DNA from: Hemiscyllium ocellatum
Lineage: Eukaryota
Length of the DNA: 64,000 bases
Assembly (NCBI RefSeq): GCF_020745735.1
Contig: NC_083436.1
Span: 18,251,299 to 18,315,298, forward strand
Direction of reading: 5' to 3'
A model generated the notes under the pieces. It was given only the letters and a program-made list of their open reading frames with translations, made no database searches and was not told where the DNA came from. The position numbers and the translations under genes were made by a program. Of this stretch, positions 39,194-53,455 are shown piece after piece; the stretch's first letter is position 1; each line of letters opens with the position of its first letter.

Positions 39194-39930
39194 AACCCCC
39201 CACCAACCCAACCTCCACTCCCGGCACCTTCCCCTGCAATGCAGGAAATGTAAAACTTGCGCCCACACCTCCTCCCTCACTTCCCTCCAAGGCCCCAAGG
39301 GATCCTTCCATATCCGCCACAAGTTCACCTGTACCTCCACACACATCATCTATTACATCCGCTGCACCCGATGTGGCCTCCTCTATATTGTGGAGACGGG
39401 CCGCTTACTTGCAGAATGCTTCAGAGAATACCTCAGGGACGCCTGGACCAACCAACCCAACCACCCCGTGGCTCAACACTTTAACTCTTCTACCGAGGAC
39501 ATGCAGGTCCTTGGACTCCTCCACCAGCAGAACATAACAACACGACGGCTGGAGGAGGAGCGCCTCATCTTCCACCTGGGAACCCTCCAACCACAAGGAA
39601 TGAACTCAGATTTCTCCAGTTTCCTCATTTCCCCTCCCCCCACCTTGTCTCAGTCGGTTCCCTCAACTCAGCACCGCCCTCCTAACCTGCAATCTTCTTC
39701 CTGACCTCTCCGCCCCCACCCCACTCCGGCCTATCACCCTCACCTTGACCTCCTTCCACCTATCCCACCTCCATCGCCCCTCCCCCTAGTCCCTCCTCCC
39801 TACCTTTTATCTTAGCCTGCTTGGCACACTCTCCTCATTCCTGATGAAGGGCTTATGCCCAAAACGTCGAATTTCCTATTCCTTGGATGCTGCCTAACCT
39901 GCTGTGCTTTAACCAGCAACATATTTTCAG
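39194..39930 (+). mobile_element. Penelope-like (Neptune-type) GIY-YIG 3' fragment
   Basis: CRKCKTC...FTCTSTHIIYYIRCTRCGLLYIVETGR...LGTLQPQGMN, followed by a C-rich 3' region and hammerhead-like tail. Confidence 0.9.
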
Positions 39931-42833
39931 CAAGGCATTTCCTACTCAATCTCGACACTTTTTGCATACATTTTGAGGCCAAGTGAGGTTCTGATAACTG
40001 AACAGATCATCATTGTACTTTGGCAGAAAGATCTTAGACAGTGGATGGGAAATCTGCCATTCTTATCAGGTCTCGCTTACATGTGACTCCAGAGCTACGG
40101 CTACGTGGTTGGATTTTAACACTCTGGATATTTAGAGGTGCAATGAATGTAGATCCAATAAGTTGTGTCTGTAACTCATTAACAAATAATAAAAATGGAC
40201 AAAGTGCATATTTGGATATCTACATGCATCTTTTCTAAACATTGTGATGGGAATCCATGAATATCATGAAGATTTAATTTAATTTGTTCAAATTGTGATT
40301 CATAATTTTATGGTTTTTTTAACATCTTAATTTGAAACAAAGCTTAAGAAAGGGACCAACAGCTGTGTTAACAAATTTATGGTACAGACTTCACTGAAAG
40401 CTGCCCACAGATGTTTTCAGGCTTTTGCGAAGATACCTGTTGTGGATTCAATGACCTATGCAGGGTTGGTGACAGCAAAATTTCAAATCGATTAAAGAAT
40501 CCTCACTTTTTTAAAAAGCATCAATCCCATTTGTAGCAGCAGAGAGTCTCCAGGCATGACCTGATAAGAAACACCTAATTAGCAACCTGCCTCCAGGATC
40601 ACTATTCTAATCTGGCCGAAGAGGCAGGAATCACCAGCCAAAAGTTAAGGTGGCTGGTAGTGTTCATTGTGACAGTGGTGAGTGTTGCTGAATAGGGAGC
40701 AAGTATTCCATGACCATTAACTTTAATGATTAATTCAATGATAAAAGAAATATGGAACTGATGGCATCTGAAGACTTCTGTTTAACCTAAGTTCTCTCCT
40801 GGACAGTAGACACAATGAGAGAACATTACAATGTCAGACCAGTGCCCACAATGATCCAAGTCTTGTTTTCACCATGTAAAGGTTGGATTAGCTGTAACTG
40901 TCAGAACACTGAGAAATTCCACTGTACTTTTACCTTTTGTAAACTGCTGGTAGATGGAAGCTTCAAGAGTCCTGTTTGTCCTTAAAAACACTAGATTATC
41001 TGGTGATAAGGCTCCAGTTGCATTCTCTCCATTGCTGGATGGGTTCCTGACATTGCAGTCAGTCCATTTCCATGGAAAGCAAACAAAGGCAAGACCACAT
41101 TTGCAAAGGAGATTGACGAATTCTCTTCAGATTTTTGTTGGTCACTAACTCTCTGCATACTTTCAAAAGAACAGGAAAGTTCCCTCAGTCAGATGTGAGT
41201 TAGACTGAAATCATGTTCAGAAAGTGAAAAAGAAATTGAAAAGTCAAGATGATGTCTTGAGTATGTAATTAAAAGGCAAGTATCCAACTTAATGACTTTA
41301 TGTAGATTTCAGTGCAGTCTCCAGTGAAGTAGACTCTGTAGAGGATCAGAACAAGGTGGATCAAAACTGCTTAATTTCTATGTGCAACCGCACTTGTGAA
41401 TGGATTGGAAGTTTTTGTCCAAATTACTCCATAATAAGAATAAACACACCATTATTTTCTTTGAAAAAAAGCAGGCGTCTAGCTTTGCTGTATATGGGGC
41501 AAAGATCTCCAAATCAGATACATATTAAGCCTGAAATTTTCCAGTTAAAAGCATGAGACACATATAAAACAGACAATGCCAGTAAGAAAAATCATGTAGA
41601 TTTAAGTAAATGATGACCATAGGAATGGATCATGTTCATTAAAGCAGATAAATGCCCAATGTCATACATGCAAATACTTAAAAGTGCCTCTGTGGTCTGA
41701 CGTATGCTCTACCTGTCCTTTTTATTGGCATGCATTATGCATCGTTCTTGGTTAAAAGGTAATTGAATTACATTCTCTCCTAATACTGCTGAAATGTCCG
41801 CTTCCCTCTTAGCCCAGACTTTCCTAAATTGGTTACCTGGTCTGTATAGACCTAACTAATCAGAGGTAGCGTGCACACGTGAATGCTGTAGTCGGCCTTA
41901 GTACTGGCATCCGAGGGAAGAATCAATAGTAATTCAATTGCCTGATTTGTTGTTCTGTAATGCTTGCTGGAAATGCACATGTTGCTTTGAGTCCACAGCC
42001 AAATCGTGTCTCTCTGTATGTTGATCAGGTAGACCTAAGGGCCGAGTCCATGCTTGGTCTCACCTGATCTCCAAATACAAACTCTTAAAGTCTTTTGCCA
42101 AAAATGAGGAACATTGCTATGCAATAATTCCTCACAGCTCAAGCAAAATTGACATACCACACAAACTGAACTATAAGGTGTTAAATAATCCTATGGATTT
42201 TTACTCTTTTTCGATAAAACACCCAACCCACATACGAATATTCTGAAACTGTATCCTTCTATTTGCTAGATATCTTAGTGAGTGTAAAGATATGAAACAC
42301 AGAAGTTATACCTACATCATCAGTCCAGAGTTTTTGCTATATCTTTCAGTTGGCTCATGCTACTTGGATCAATAATTCCTGGAAGTCAGGTTCTTCTTCC
42401 ACATCATTAATGCTCAGCATTGAAGTTGTAATTATGTTTTGCGAGTAAGATTAGCATAAAAGAACTACTAGATGTTTACATTTGCACACAATGGAAAATC
42501 AAGGCGGCCTTGTAGAATAATCAAGCCTCTTCGACAATTTGATATTCCATCATGCCCAGCACTGGAGTGATGCTATTGGAGGAGCATAAACACTGTGCAA
42601 TCAATCCCAAGTAAAAGGTGGCCTGTTTGTATTAAGGCCACCTGTGCCACCAAGATGATGAATTTTTGACTGTGGGTGACTTCAAAACAATACATCGTCT
42701 ACATTAATGTAAAGGAGCATGGAGGAAGCTGTAAGTGCCTTTGCCAAAGACCCTTAAATTGTGAGCAGTCAATAACCTTGAAGAAAGCTACCCAAAAGAA
42801 AGGAAATGACATCACTTGGTGCTTTTTGGAAAC

Positions 42834-43860
42834 TTGGCTGATGGTGAGAAAGGTATTACCTGTGAGATCTGTTTTGTATGCCTGGTCTGTCTGTGCTACC
42901 GCACGCTGCCCTTAAAGTGGGGGTGGAGGATACAGACTATCATCCATGTCCTGCTGGAATGTGCCTTTGCAAAGAAAGTCTGGAGAAAGATGCAAGGCTT
43001 CGGTTGAGCTTCATCTTGAGCAGCCTCCGTGACACAGGACTCTGTGCTGTATGGGCTGTTCCCCAAGAAGCACCGAGACAAACATCAACTGTGCCTGGAG
43101 GACCATCAACTTGGTGAAAGACGCTCTTTGATCTACCCAAAACTTGTTGGTCTTCCAGAACAAGGAGTTAACCCTGACTAAATGTTGCTGTTCCAGGGTC
43201 CAGGACTATGCGCTGAGGGATGCAGTAAAGCTTGGGGCTGCCAAGGCAAAGAGGGGAAAAACCAATGTCTGAGGAAATACCATTATCTGAGGCCTTTTTG
43301 CCAAAGTCAAATGGGGCTCTGTTCAGTTATCAGGTGCCTCAGTTATACATAGATATAATATTATTCAAATAAAGATGCATTTGGTTTGTTTATTGGATAG
43401 AATCAAACTCCAATGTTTGTTTTCTTCATATACAGAACCAAGCTGCTTTAATAAATTTGTATGTGTATATATACTTTTATGAATAAAGTATATTGTTGAA
43501 ATTAAAAAAAAAACAAAAGCAAGGGGTTGACCTTGACCGAGTATTGCAGACTGGCACATTCCAGGTTGAGGGCTGTGTTGAGGGATGCACGGAAAGTTGG
43601 GGCAGCTGCCACCAAAGTGCAGTGGGGAAAGACCACCCTCTTTCTGCCGGAGTACAATGGGGGTTCTTTTAGTTATTGCATCCTCCTGATGCCTCAAATA
43701 TATGTAAAAATATTCTTGTACAATTAAGAAATGACTGTCAGATAGAGCTAAACTCCAATGGTTGTTTCTTCATATGCTGCTATACAGAATTGAACTACTT
43801 TAGTGACAAAAATATTAAAATATTTTTACGGATAAAGTATATTTTTGAAATTTAAAAAAA
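42834..43860 (+). mobile_element. Two tandem 3' ends of a Tx1/L1-like non-LTR retrotransposon (about 42834-43512 and 43527-43860)
   Basis: Zn-knuckle C-terminus ...ARCP...TIIHVLLECAFAKKVW. Both end in (a/g)ataaagtatatt plus an A-run. A third, reversed tail is split at about 39070-39193 / 39931-40046. Confidence 0.75.
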
Positions 43861-44214
43861 ACCCAAAAGGATTTAGCAGACTCTGTGATATTGATTTCCG
43901 TTATTACTATGTCAATGCCATGCTGGCGCTGTCCATGGAGAACATTTGGCATCCAACAACAGCAAAGACAAAGCAGCCAAACAAAGTGAGGAATTTTTGC
44001 AGAAAATCTGGAAGTTCTTTCTTTTTAATCAATTTACAGAGTGTATGAGAACAACTAGGTCAAGCACAGGTTAGGTTAGATATTAAAATATCATTAGCAT
44101 TTATTTGTTTTAAGGTTATTTTTAAAATATGGAGTTTTTATAATGAAATATAAGGAATGGTATTCCATATTTCTAAGGTTGGTTTTTCAGGGTCGGTGAG
44201 GTTGTTTATAAATA

Positions 44215-47200
44215 GAACATAGAACATTACAGCACAGTACAGGCTCTTTAGCCCTCACTGTTGCGCTGATCTGTGGAACCAATCTGAAGCCTATCTATCC
44301 TACACTATTCCATTTTCATCCATATGCCTATCCAATGACCACATAAATGCTCTTAAAGTTGGCGAGTCTACTACTGTTGCAGGCAATGTGTTCCACACCC
44401 CTACTACTCCATGTTCTATGTACTCGCTGAGTAAAGAAACTACCTTTGTCATCTGTCCTATATCTATCACCCCTTAATTTAAAGCTATGTCCCCTCATGC
44501 TAGCCATCGTCATCAAATGAAAAAGACTCTCATTGTCCAGCCTATCTAACACTCTGATTACCTTGTCAAGATTACTCAATCTTACAGACATCAACCCACC
44601 TTCACTCCAGAGAAAGCAGGTTCAGCCTAATCAATCCTCAGATGACACTAAAATAGGTTGTATTGTGGAATGAGGAAGGCATTTGAACAAATACATGGGT
44701 AAGAAAGGTTTAGAAGGATATGGGCCCGAGTGCAAGGAAATGGGGTTAGCGCGGATGGATATTTTATTGGCATGGACCAGTTTGGGCTGAAGGGCCTGTC
44801 TACGTGCCGTAGGACTCTATGACAAACCACTCATTCCAGATATCAATCTCATAACCCTCCTCCAATTCACCTCCATTGCTTTTACATTCTTTCTTCCTCA
44901 AGTATCTTGATCAAATGGATCAATGGGCTGAAAAATTGCAGATGCAGTTCAATTTGAATAAATACGAGGTATTGCATTTTAGTACAACTGACAATGGTAG
45001 GATTTATTTAATTAATGGTAAGACCTTGGATAGTGTTGTAGAACAGAGGGAACTAGGGGCTTAGATACAAAAGTCTTTGAAGTTTGTGTCACATATAGGC
45101 AGGCTGGTTAAAAAGTTGTTTGGCATACTTGCCTTCATTGCTCAGTCTTTTGAGTACAGGAGCTGGGAAATCATGTTGAGGTTGTACAGGTCATTGATGA
45201 GGACTCTTCTGGAATACTGTGTCCAGTTAGAACATAGAACAGTACAGCACAGAACAGGCCCTTTAGCCCACGATGTTGTGCCGACCATTGATCCTTATGT
45301 AAGGTAAACCTAATGTACGAACCCTCAACTTTCTGTGACCATATGCATGTCCAACAGTCTCTTAAATATCACCAATGACCTCGCTTCCACAACTGCTGCT
45401 AGCAACGCATTCCATGCACTCTCAATTCTCTGCCTCCGACATCCCCTCTATACTTTCCGCCAAACAACTTAAAACTATGACCCCTCGTGTTAACAATTTC
45501 TGCCCTAGGAAAAAGTCTCTGGCTATCAACTCTATCTATGCCTCTCATCATCTTGTACACCTCAATTAGGTCCCCTCTCTTCCTTCTTTTTTTTCAATGA
45601 ACAAGTCCGGGCTCAGTCAACTTCTCTTCATAAGATAAGCCCTCCATTCCAGGCAACTTCCTGATAAACCTCCTCTGAACCCTCTCCAAAACATCCACAT
45701 CTTTCCTATAATAGGGCGACCTGAACTGGACACAGTATTCCAAGTGCGGTCTAACCAAAGTTTTATAGAGCTGCAACAGGATCTCACGGCTCTTAAACTC
45801 AATCCCCCTGTAAATGAAAGCCAAAACACCATATGCTTTCTTAAAAACCCTGTCCACTTGGGTGGCAATTTTAAGGGATCTATGTACCTGCACACCAAGA
45901 TCCTGCTGTTCCTCCACAGTGCCAAGAATCCTGTCTTTAATCCTGTACTCAACTTTCAAATTCAACCTTCCAAAATGCATCACTTCGCATTTATCCAGGT
46001 TGAACTCCATCTGCCACCTCTCAGCCCATCTCTGCATCCTGTCAATGTCACGCTTCAGCCTACAATAGTCCTCTATATTGTCAACAACACCTCCCAACCT
46101 TTGTGTCATCTGCAAACTTGCTAACCCATCCTTCAATCTCCTCATCCAAGTCATTAATAAAAAAAGAGTAGAGGCCCAAGAACAGAGACCTATGGAATAC
46201 CACTCACCTCTGACTTCCAGGCAGAATATTTTCCTTCCACTACCACTCGCTGTCTTCCGTCGACCAGCCAATTCAGTATCCAGACAGCTAAATTTCCCTG
46301 TATCCCATTCCTCCTGACCTTCTGAACGAGCCTACCATGGGGAACCTTATGAAATGCCTTGGTGAAGTCCATATACACCACATCCACCACTCGACCCTCA
46401 TCAACTTGTCTAGTAACATCCTCAAAGAACAGTTCTGGCCATCCAGTTAAACAAAAGATATTGGGAGAGGCTTCAGAAGAGATTCACCAGAATGTTGTCA
46501 GGTATGGAAGGTCTGAGTTATAAAGAAAGGCTGGATAGGCTTGGACCTTTTTCACTGGAGGGTAGGAGGTTGAGAGGCAACCTTATAGGAGTCTATAAAA
46601 TAAGGAAGGGTATAGATAGAATTAATGGTAATTTTCTTTTCCCCAGGATATGGGATTTCAAGACAAGAGAGACACATTTTAAGATGAGAGGAGACAGATT
46701 TAAAAAGGACATGGGGGCAATGTCTTTCTTAAAACATAGGGTGGTTCGTGTGTGGAATGAACTTTCTGAAGATTTGGGTACAATTACAATGTTTAAAATA
46801 CATTTGTATAAATACATGAATAGAAAATGTTTGGAGGAATATGGGGCAGGAGTAGGCAAGGTGGGACTAAGGTAGGATTATGTTCAGCATGGACTGATTG
46901 GACCAAAGGCTCTGTTTCCATGCTATATGACTCTATGACTCCATAAAGACAACAAAACTGCAGTCTCATCAAAGCTCTCATCTGTCTAATGAAGGAGAAT
47001 ATCCTTATTTTTTACATGCAATTACTGTTGCAATATGGTATGGTATTCCATTAGCCTCCTTCATTACTTGCTGTAATAACTTTGTCACTCCTGCATGTGA
47101 ACACAGATCACTTTGTAATTCAGAATTCTGCAGTTATTGTCCACTTAAATAATACTCTGCTTTTTTAAATTCTGCCTGTCACAGTGAACAGCTTTACATT

Positions 47201-47495
47201 TTCCCAAATAATACTTCATCTGCCAGAATTTTGCTCATCCACTCAACCTCTGTTTGCATAAGTTTAGGGTGAGGGGGCAAGATTTAAGATTTAAGGGGCA
47301 ACTTTTTCACAGAAAAGGGTGATGCATGTATGGAGTGACCTGCTCGAGGAAGTGGTGGAGGCTGGTACAATTACAACATTTTAAAAAGGCATCTGGACGG
47401 GTAAATGGGACTGGATTAATTTAGTTTATCTGGTTGGCAAGGATGAGTTGGACCGAAGGGCCTGATTCTGTACTGTACATCTCTGTGACTCTATA
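44215..47495. mobile_element. Cluster of CR1 fragments: 44215-44565 (-), 44650-44825 (+), 44900-46940 (+) interrupted by 45228-46430 (-), 47260-47495 (+)
   Basis: ORF 45594-46271 (WAERWQMEFN...LVRPHLEYCVQF) and ORF 46190-46390 (VDVVYMDFTKAF); tails agaacatagaac and ctatgact. Confidence 0.88.
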
Positions 47496-48229
47496 AAGAT
47501 GTAACATCTCTGAATTTCAGTTTATATAATAGTCAGGAAACGGAATAATACATGTGTGTGTTTTGGGATCTTTCAAATTCAAATCTACATTTAGATAGCT
47601 TTTTATTGTTTTTGTATTTGTGCACAGTAGATTTCTGGCTCGTGTAATTACATTTCAGTTAATGGTCACCAAATTAACTAAAACAAAAAAAACTTAGCAA
47701 TCAAAATTTTGTTCTGGGATCTGACTTGTCAAGCAGTACCATCGGCTAGAATCATAACATATAATAATCCAGAGATTATTACCCTAGATGCCCTGTTCTT
47801 CAATTTGGTGTTTCTTTGCTAGTCATTTCCTTTCCTCAGTCTTTGGTACCAATATGATCTTCCTCCTACTCCCATGTTCCTGTCCAACCTTGAACGAATG
47901 TCAACCCTGGCACAAGGCAGTAAATGTTTCTTTTGCTTTTCTTCTTTGTTTACATAGCTTCCTGTTCCAAAATGTCACAGTCAGTTAGTTAGTCGATCCT
48001 GCAGCCATGAATCTCATCCAAACAAACAGAAGTAACCTCAAACCTGTTGGATAATTGCAAAAAACTAAGGCTCCAGCACTCTTACCCTGAGTCCCCCTTT
48101 CTGTCATACTTTTAGTTACCCTTAACACTGACCACATCAGAATACCCCACTTTATGAATGTGACCACATTCTAGGACAATCTATCCCTCCTTCCCTTATA
48201 TGCCTCACATCGCCAAGGACCTAAGTTCA

Positions 48230-48495
48230 ATTTTACCCTTGGGAGATTGTCTGTGTGGAGTTTGCACATTCTCCCCATGTCTGCGTGCTCTAGTTTCCTC
48301 TTACAGTCCAAAGATATGCAGTTTAGGTGGTTTGTCCATTCTAAATTGCTTATAGTGTCCAGGGATTTGTAGGTTAGGTGGATGAGCCATGGGAAATGCA
48401 GGGTTACAAGGATAGAGTAGGTCTGGGTGGGATGCTCTTTCGAAAGTCGGTGAGTATTGATGGGTCAAATGGCCTGCTTCCACACTGTAGGGATT
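48230..48495 (+). mobile_element. HE1-type V-SINE, 5' decayed
   Basis: ctgtgtggagtttgcacattctcccc core; tail ccacactgtagggattct. Confidence 0.8.
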
Positions 48496-50634
48496 CTTAT
48501 TGGTTGTAGTGATTGTAATTCAGCATCCAGCTCAAATTCTAAGGTGAAGCAGCTCGAGTTTTATATACCTTACTTAGATTTATTTGTCCTGAATCACACT
48601 GGCTTCTAGGAGCTCCCGCAGATTGCAGCTGTGACACATTACCAATTCTGCTATTCTTAACGTGTTTTAATTAATTACGTATTTAATTATTTTCCATAAT
48701 CCAGTAGTAGACTTTTGTGTCACAACAGAGTTGTGATGTTATATACAGACTGTAGTGCTGGAAATGAAGACCAACAGGAGATGGTAGAGCAGTTTATGAA
48801 AAAGAAACATGGATAAGGAAGGAAAATTAAAATAACTGGTGGGCTCCAATGGTTACAATGAAGTGCATTAAAAAAAAGGAGCAAAGGCTTGGACTATAAT
48901 CTTCCAAATGTTAATGTTGATTTGGTAGTGATGTCAGAGGATGGTCAGGGTTGACGACATAATGCCGTAAATGCAAAAAAAAGGAAATAAAGCAATAAAA
49001 CAGGGAACTACAGAATAATTGGTCAAAACACTGATCATGAATAAGCTTCTGGCCACATAGATTCACAGGTCACCCAGAACATTGGGGGTTAATTAAGAAA
49101 AGCTGGCTTGGATTTGTCTGTTTAAACTGGCACTTGAAAAGAATAACTGAGTTCTCCAAGGTGATAATACTAAAACCATATTTCAAAATAAGGTATTTCA
49201 TTGGCTCCCAAGCTAATGGAATGTATTGCTAAAGGAAAGGCAGTGGGCATGGCAGATAATAATAAATAACATCATACACAAATGAAAACTCAAACTTCAG
49301 ACGAAAATCAACCATGGTGGCTTAGCACACTTAAGAGTTGTACTTTGTTCAACAAGCCCTAGCTTTAACATTTTTTTTAACTTAAATGAGAATAGAGCTT
49401 AAAATATCAAGGTTAAAGCAAAATTACTAGTCCTGTGCTAACTGCACCTGCAACAGCCATACCGTGTGGAGACAGGACAAGCATCTCCAATAGAAACTTT
49501 ACTGTTTCTGTATTTAGCTACACACATGCAGAGACCAGAAGTTGTTATCGACAGTACATAATCTTGATTATTGACTTGATCATTGACTATTTTTCCCTAA
49601 TTACAAAGGCAAATTCCAAGTCTACCATAATGGATTCTAATTTCCTTCTCAGCATTTAGCAATAAGGCTTTGCTTATTGTCACTGGATATGCTCTCTAAA
49701 AAATGAAGAATGTTCAGTAAATATCTTGCTTTTTCAAAATGTTCTCTTCCTAAAACAATAAACAAAATTGTCTTTGACTCAAATAGTCTATGTTTTGCAT
49801 GTTCATTTTATTTCAAAACAGATTTGGATCATTATCTTGAGAGATAACAGTAGTCAGAACAAGGGAAATGTGCACATGTGGATGTTCAGGTGCTGTTTAC
49901 CTCCATCCCCTCTTACCCGCCCATTGATTGTTTCAATTTAACTTAAGTTCATTTAATGGCCTTGTTAATTATTAAACAAATAACTTTTAGGTCAGTTAGT
50001 ACGCTGATAAAATGTATAAATATGTACAAATAAAACAATGGTAATTTTAGGCCTGGCGAAGCATCAACACCAATCTCCTATGAAATGGAGACCTGCGCCC
50101 ATCTACCACTATGGGGTGTTTGCAAGAACCCAGGTGCCTCTTCACAGAATGCAAAGGCAAAACCACAGATTGAGATTCAAATGTTCTCTGATATTAAATC
50201 TCCTAATCTCCTGTTTTTCAGCATGAGAGAAGGTGATCAACCACTTACGGGAATTACTACAAGCAACATGAAAAGGTGTTGGAGTGTGACAATTGGCTTC
50301 ACTGCTCATGAGCTTGAGAAATAATAGCAGTCAGAACAAGGGAATGTGCATGTGTGATTGTCATGTATGACCTGTACTGGGTGAGTATAGCTGTTAAGAT
50401 GTCTTGCACTACCTTAATAGAACCTTAGTAAGTTTGTATCTGCAGTACTGTATACAGTTTTGATCCCCTTACCTTATAAAGGATGTATGTGTCACAGATG
50501 GGTGTAATGGAGGTTCACCAGATTAATCCCTCGGATGGCAAGACTGCCCTGTGAGATTGAGGAGACTGAGCCTATATTCATGAGTGTTTAGAAGAATAAA
50601 AGGTGATGCAACTAAAACTTATGGTTCCCCTCCT

Positions 50635-51212
50635 TGGATTAGATTCCCTACAATATGGAAACAGGCCCTTCGGCCCAACAAGTCCACTCCGACCCTCTGA
50701 AGAGTAACCCATCCAGACCTATTCTGTTTGATTGATGCACCTAACACTATGGGCAATTTAGCATGGCCAATTCACCTAACTTGCACATCTTTGTACTGTG
50801 GGAGGAAACCCACACAGACACAGGGAGAATGTGCAAACTCCACAGAGACAGTTGCCCGAAGTTGCAATCAAACCTGGGACCCTGGTGCTGTGAGGCAGCA
50901 GTGCTAGCCACTGAGCCACCATGCTGCCCAATTAGTTTAGATTCCCTACAGTGTGGAAACAGGCCCTTCGGCCCAACAAGTCTGCACCGACTCTCCGAAG
51001 AGCAACCCACCCAGACCCATTCCCCTACAACTAACACTATGGACAATTTAGCATGGCCAATTCACCTAACCTGCACATCTTTGGATTGTGGGAGGAAACT
51101 CACGCAGACACGGGGAGAATGTGCAAACTCCCCACAGACAGTCGCCCGAGGTGGGAATTGAACCCGGGTCCCTGACGCTGTGAGGCAGTAGTGCTAACCA
51201 CTGTACTGCCCT
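50635..51212 (-). mobile_element. Two tandem HE1-type V-SINEs inserted in an older CR1 3' end
   Basis: Each has a tRNA-like head (gtggttagcactactgcctcacag...gggttcaattccc) and the V-domain core. Host CR1 at about 50420-50630 and 51215-51480. Confidence 0.9.
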
Positions 51213-51799
51213 CCTTGTGGAGTTGAGGATCAGGGAACACAATTTCAGAGTCAGGGGCAAGTTATTTAGGACTGAGAGGAAGAGGAACCTCTTCACTCAG
51301 AGGGTACTGAATCTTTGGAATTTTCTACCCTGGATGGTTTTTGAACCTTAGCCATTGCATTTGTTCAATGCAGAATCTGCTTGATTTCTAGGTATCAAAG
51401 AAAACTAAGGGATAGTAAATGATCAGCCATGATTTTGAATGGTGGAGTAGGCACAAGAGGTTGAATGGCTTATTCCTCCTTTACTGTTCAACCATAGTAG
51501 TACTCACAATTGTATATATCACACCACTGACTTCTCACAAAGACTACCTGTCCATATTGTCAACATAATTGCTGTTGCTGTGAAACCATAATTTTGTTAA
51601 CTATTACTGGAAGGAATTGTTTACTTTCCCTTGTAGTGTCACCTTTGATTTTCTTTGTAAATGTAAAATACCTTTTGTCATTTTAATAAACATTAATGCA
51701 TTAATTCCAACACTTTTTAATGTAACATAACACATTTCCAAGGTATACTTTTTTAATATAAATTTGCTACAAGTAACCTAAATAAATTGTTAAAAGGTT

Positions 51800-52225
51800 T
51801 CACCCCAGGGATTTAACACAATCTGAGCTTGACACTACAGGACAGTACTCACTGAGCAATTTTGTACACTGCTCTGATTGTCACCGTAACTGCAGGGAAT
51901 GTACTCACTGCCTATGTAGTGTTGCATCTGTTGGAGATGCTGTTTTTGTACTGGAGGATAAATTGTCTGCTGGCTCTGCTAGTCTTAAACGTTTCCATGG
52001 CACTGTTGCAAAGACTAAAGGAGTTCTCCCCAGTGTGGTAGCCAATATTTATCCAGCAGTCAGGAGCACAAAACAAGATTATCTGATCACCATGAGATTG
52101 CTGCCTCGGAGCCTCCCATGTACCAATGGGCTGTACAGTTTCCTACTTTACAGTAGTTCAAAAGTTTGCATGTAAAGTGCTTGGAGATAATCTGAGGCTT
52201 GTATAAATTCAGAAGTGATATATTT
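51800..52225 (+). mobile_element. Decayed Deu-domain SINE (SacSINE1/AmnSINE1-like)
   Basis: ccatggcact...ggagttctccccagtgt...gccaatatttatcc...agattatctgatca matches the remembered DeuSINE central domain. Confidence 0.7.
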
Positions 52226-53149
52226 GACTCAGTAAAGGGTTGATTTCGCTCAGTTAGCTGGATTTCTTGTTTAATTCCTATTACCACCTGCGGTTGTCAT
52301 GAAATTCTCCTTCTCTGACCCTCAGGTCTAATGGTCCGATAAGATTACAGCTACTTCACCTTTATCCAACGCCAAGCAATAACTTTCTCTTCTAACCTGT
52401 TGATTATTTCCTCCACATTTTAATTAATAATATCTTCAGCATTGTATTTATTTTTTAAAACCACAATATCCCTGTAAGTTCTTTAGAACTACTGTGGGGT
52501 CAGAAAGAAAATGCAAATCAATCTTTCTGGTACCAAAACACATCTCAGTAGGAAGGTAGGGAAAACATTCAAACACCAAATGTACCTGGGAGATGTCAAC
52601 TTAAAAGTGATATATAGACAAAACACTCAATGTTAGAAATTTGAAACAAACAAAAACTCAGTAGATCTAGTAGCATTTTGTGAAGAGAGAAACAGAGTCA
52701 ACATTTTAAGTCTGGTATGACTTGTTTTTCAGAACAAAACAACTCTTTTTCTTTCCACTGATGCTAACAGAGCTGCTGAGTTTCTGCAGCATTCACTGTG
52801 TTTGTATTACAAATGTGAACTGGTTGGGCAGCATTTTAAAAACCCTTTTCATGCAAAGCAGGCACCATTGTGTAAGTTGGTATCGATTGTCCATCCCTAA
52901 TTGCCCAAGGGCAGTTAAGAATTGAGTACATTGCAAAGGATTTGGAGTCACAAGTAAGCCAGCAGATATCCTACTCTGAAGGATTTTAGAAAATCAGACT
53001 TCTGTTTTTTTAAAGAACAATTGACAGTGGTTACACGGCCACTATGAAGCTAGCTCTACATTCTAGTCTTTCTTACTGTTTGGGTGAATTCAAATTTCAC
53101 CATGATATGGGGTTTGAACTCATGTCCCTAAAACATTTTGCTGGGCTTG

Positions 53150-53455
53150 GACACAACGGTGGCTCAGGGGTTAGCACTGCTGCCTCACAGTGCAAGGGCC
53201 CCGGGTTTGTTACTAGCCTTGGGTAGCTGTCAATGTAGAGTTTGTATGTCATTCCCATGTCTGTGTGAGTTTCCTCCCACAGTCCAAAGATGTGCAGGTT
53301 AGGTGGGTTGGGAATGCTGTCGTGTCCAAGATGTGCAGGCTAGCCAAGGTAAATTGGGGTTCCGGGGATAGGGTGGGGTACTATTCGAGGTCGGTGCGGA
53401 CTGGATGGGCTGAATGGCCTCTTGCCGCATTTTACGGATGCTATGATTCTATGCT
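53150..53455 (+). mobile_element. HE1-type V-SINE
   Basis: ggtggctcaggggttagcactgctgcctcacag head; ttcctcccacagtccaaagatgtgcaggttagg core. Confidence 0.85.

Larger units (their letters stand above)
38380..40125 (+). mobile_element. tRNA-headed shark SINE broken into three pieces (about 38380-38479, 38998-39070, 40047-40125)
   Basis: ggactagtaatc...ggttgaatcc head, cccatctagttcactaatgtc middle, ggaaatctgcc...catgtgactccag tail. A similar middle segment lies at about 7875-7995. Confidence 0.6.

Noticed and set aside
40930-41150. Open frames on both strands resembling an exon
   Set aside because: No recognisable homology and no consistent splice-site pair.
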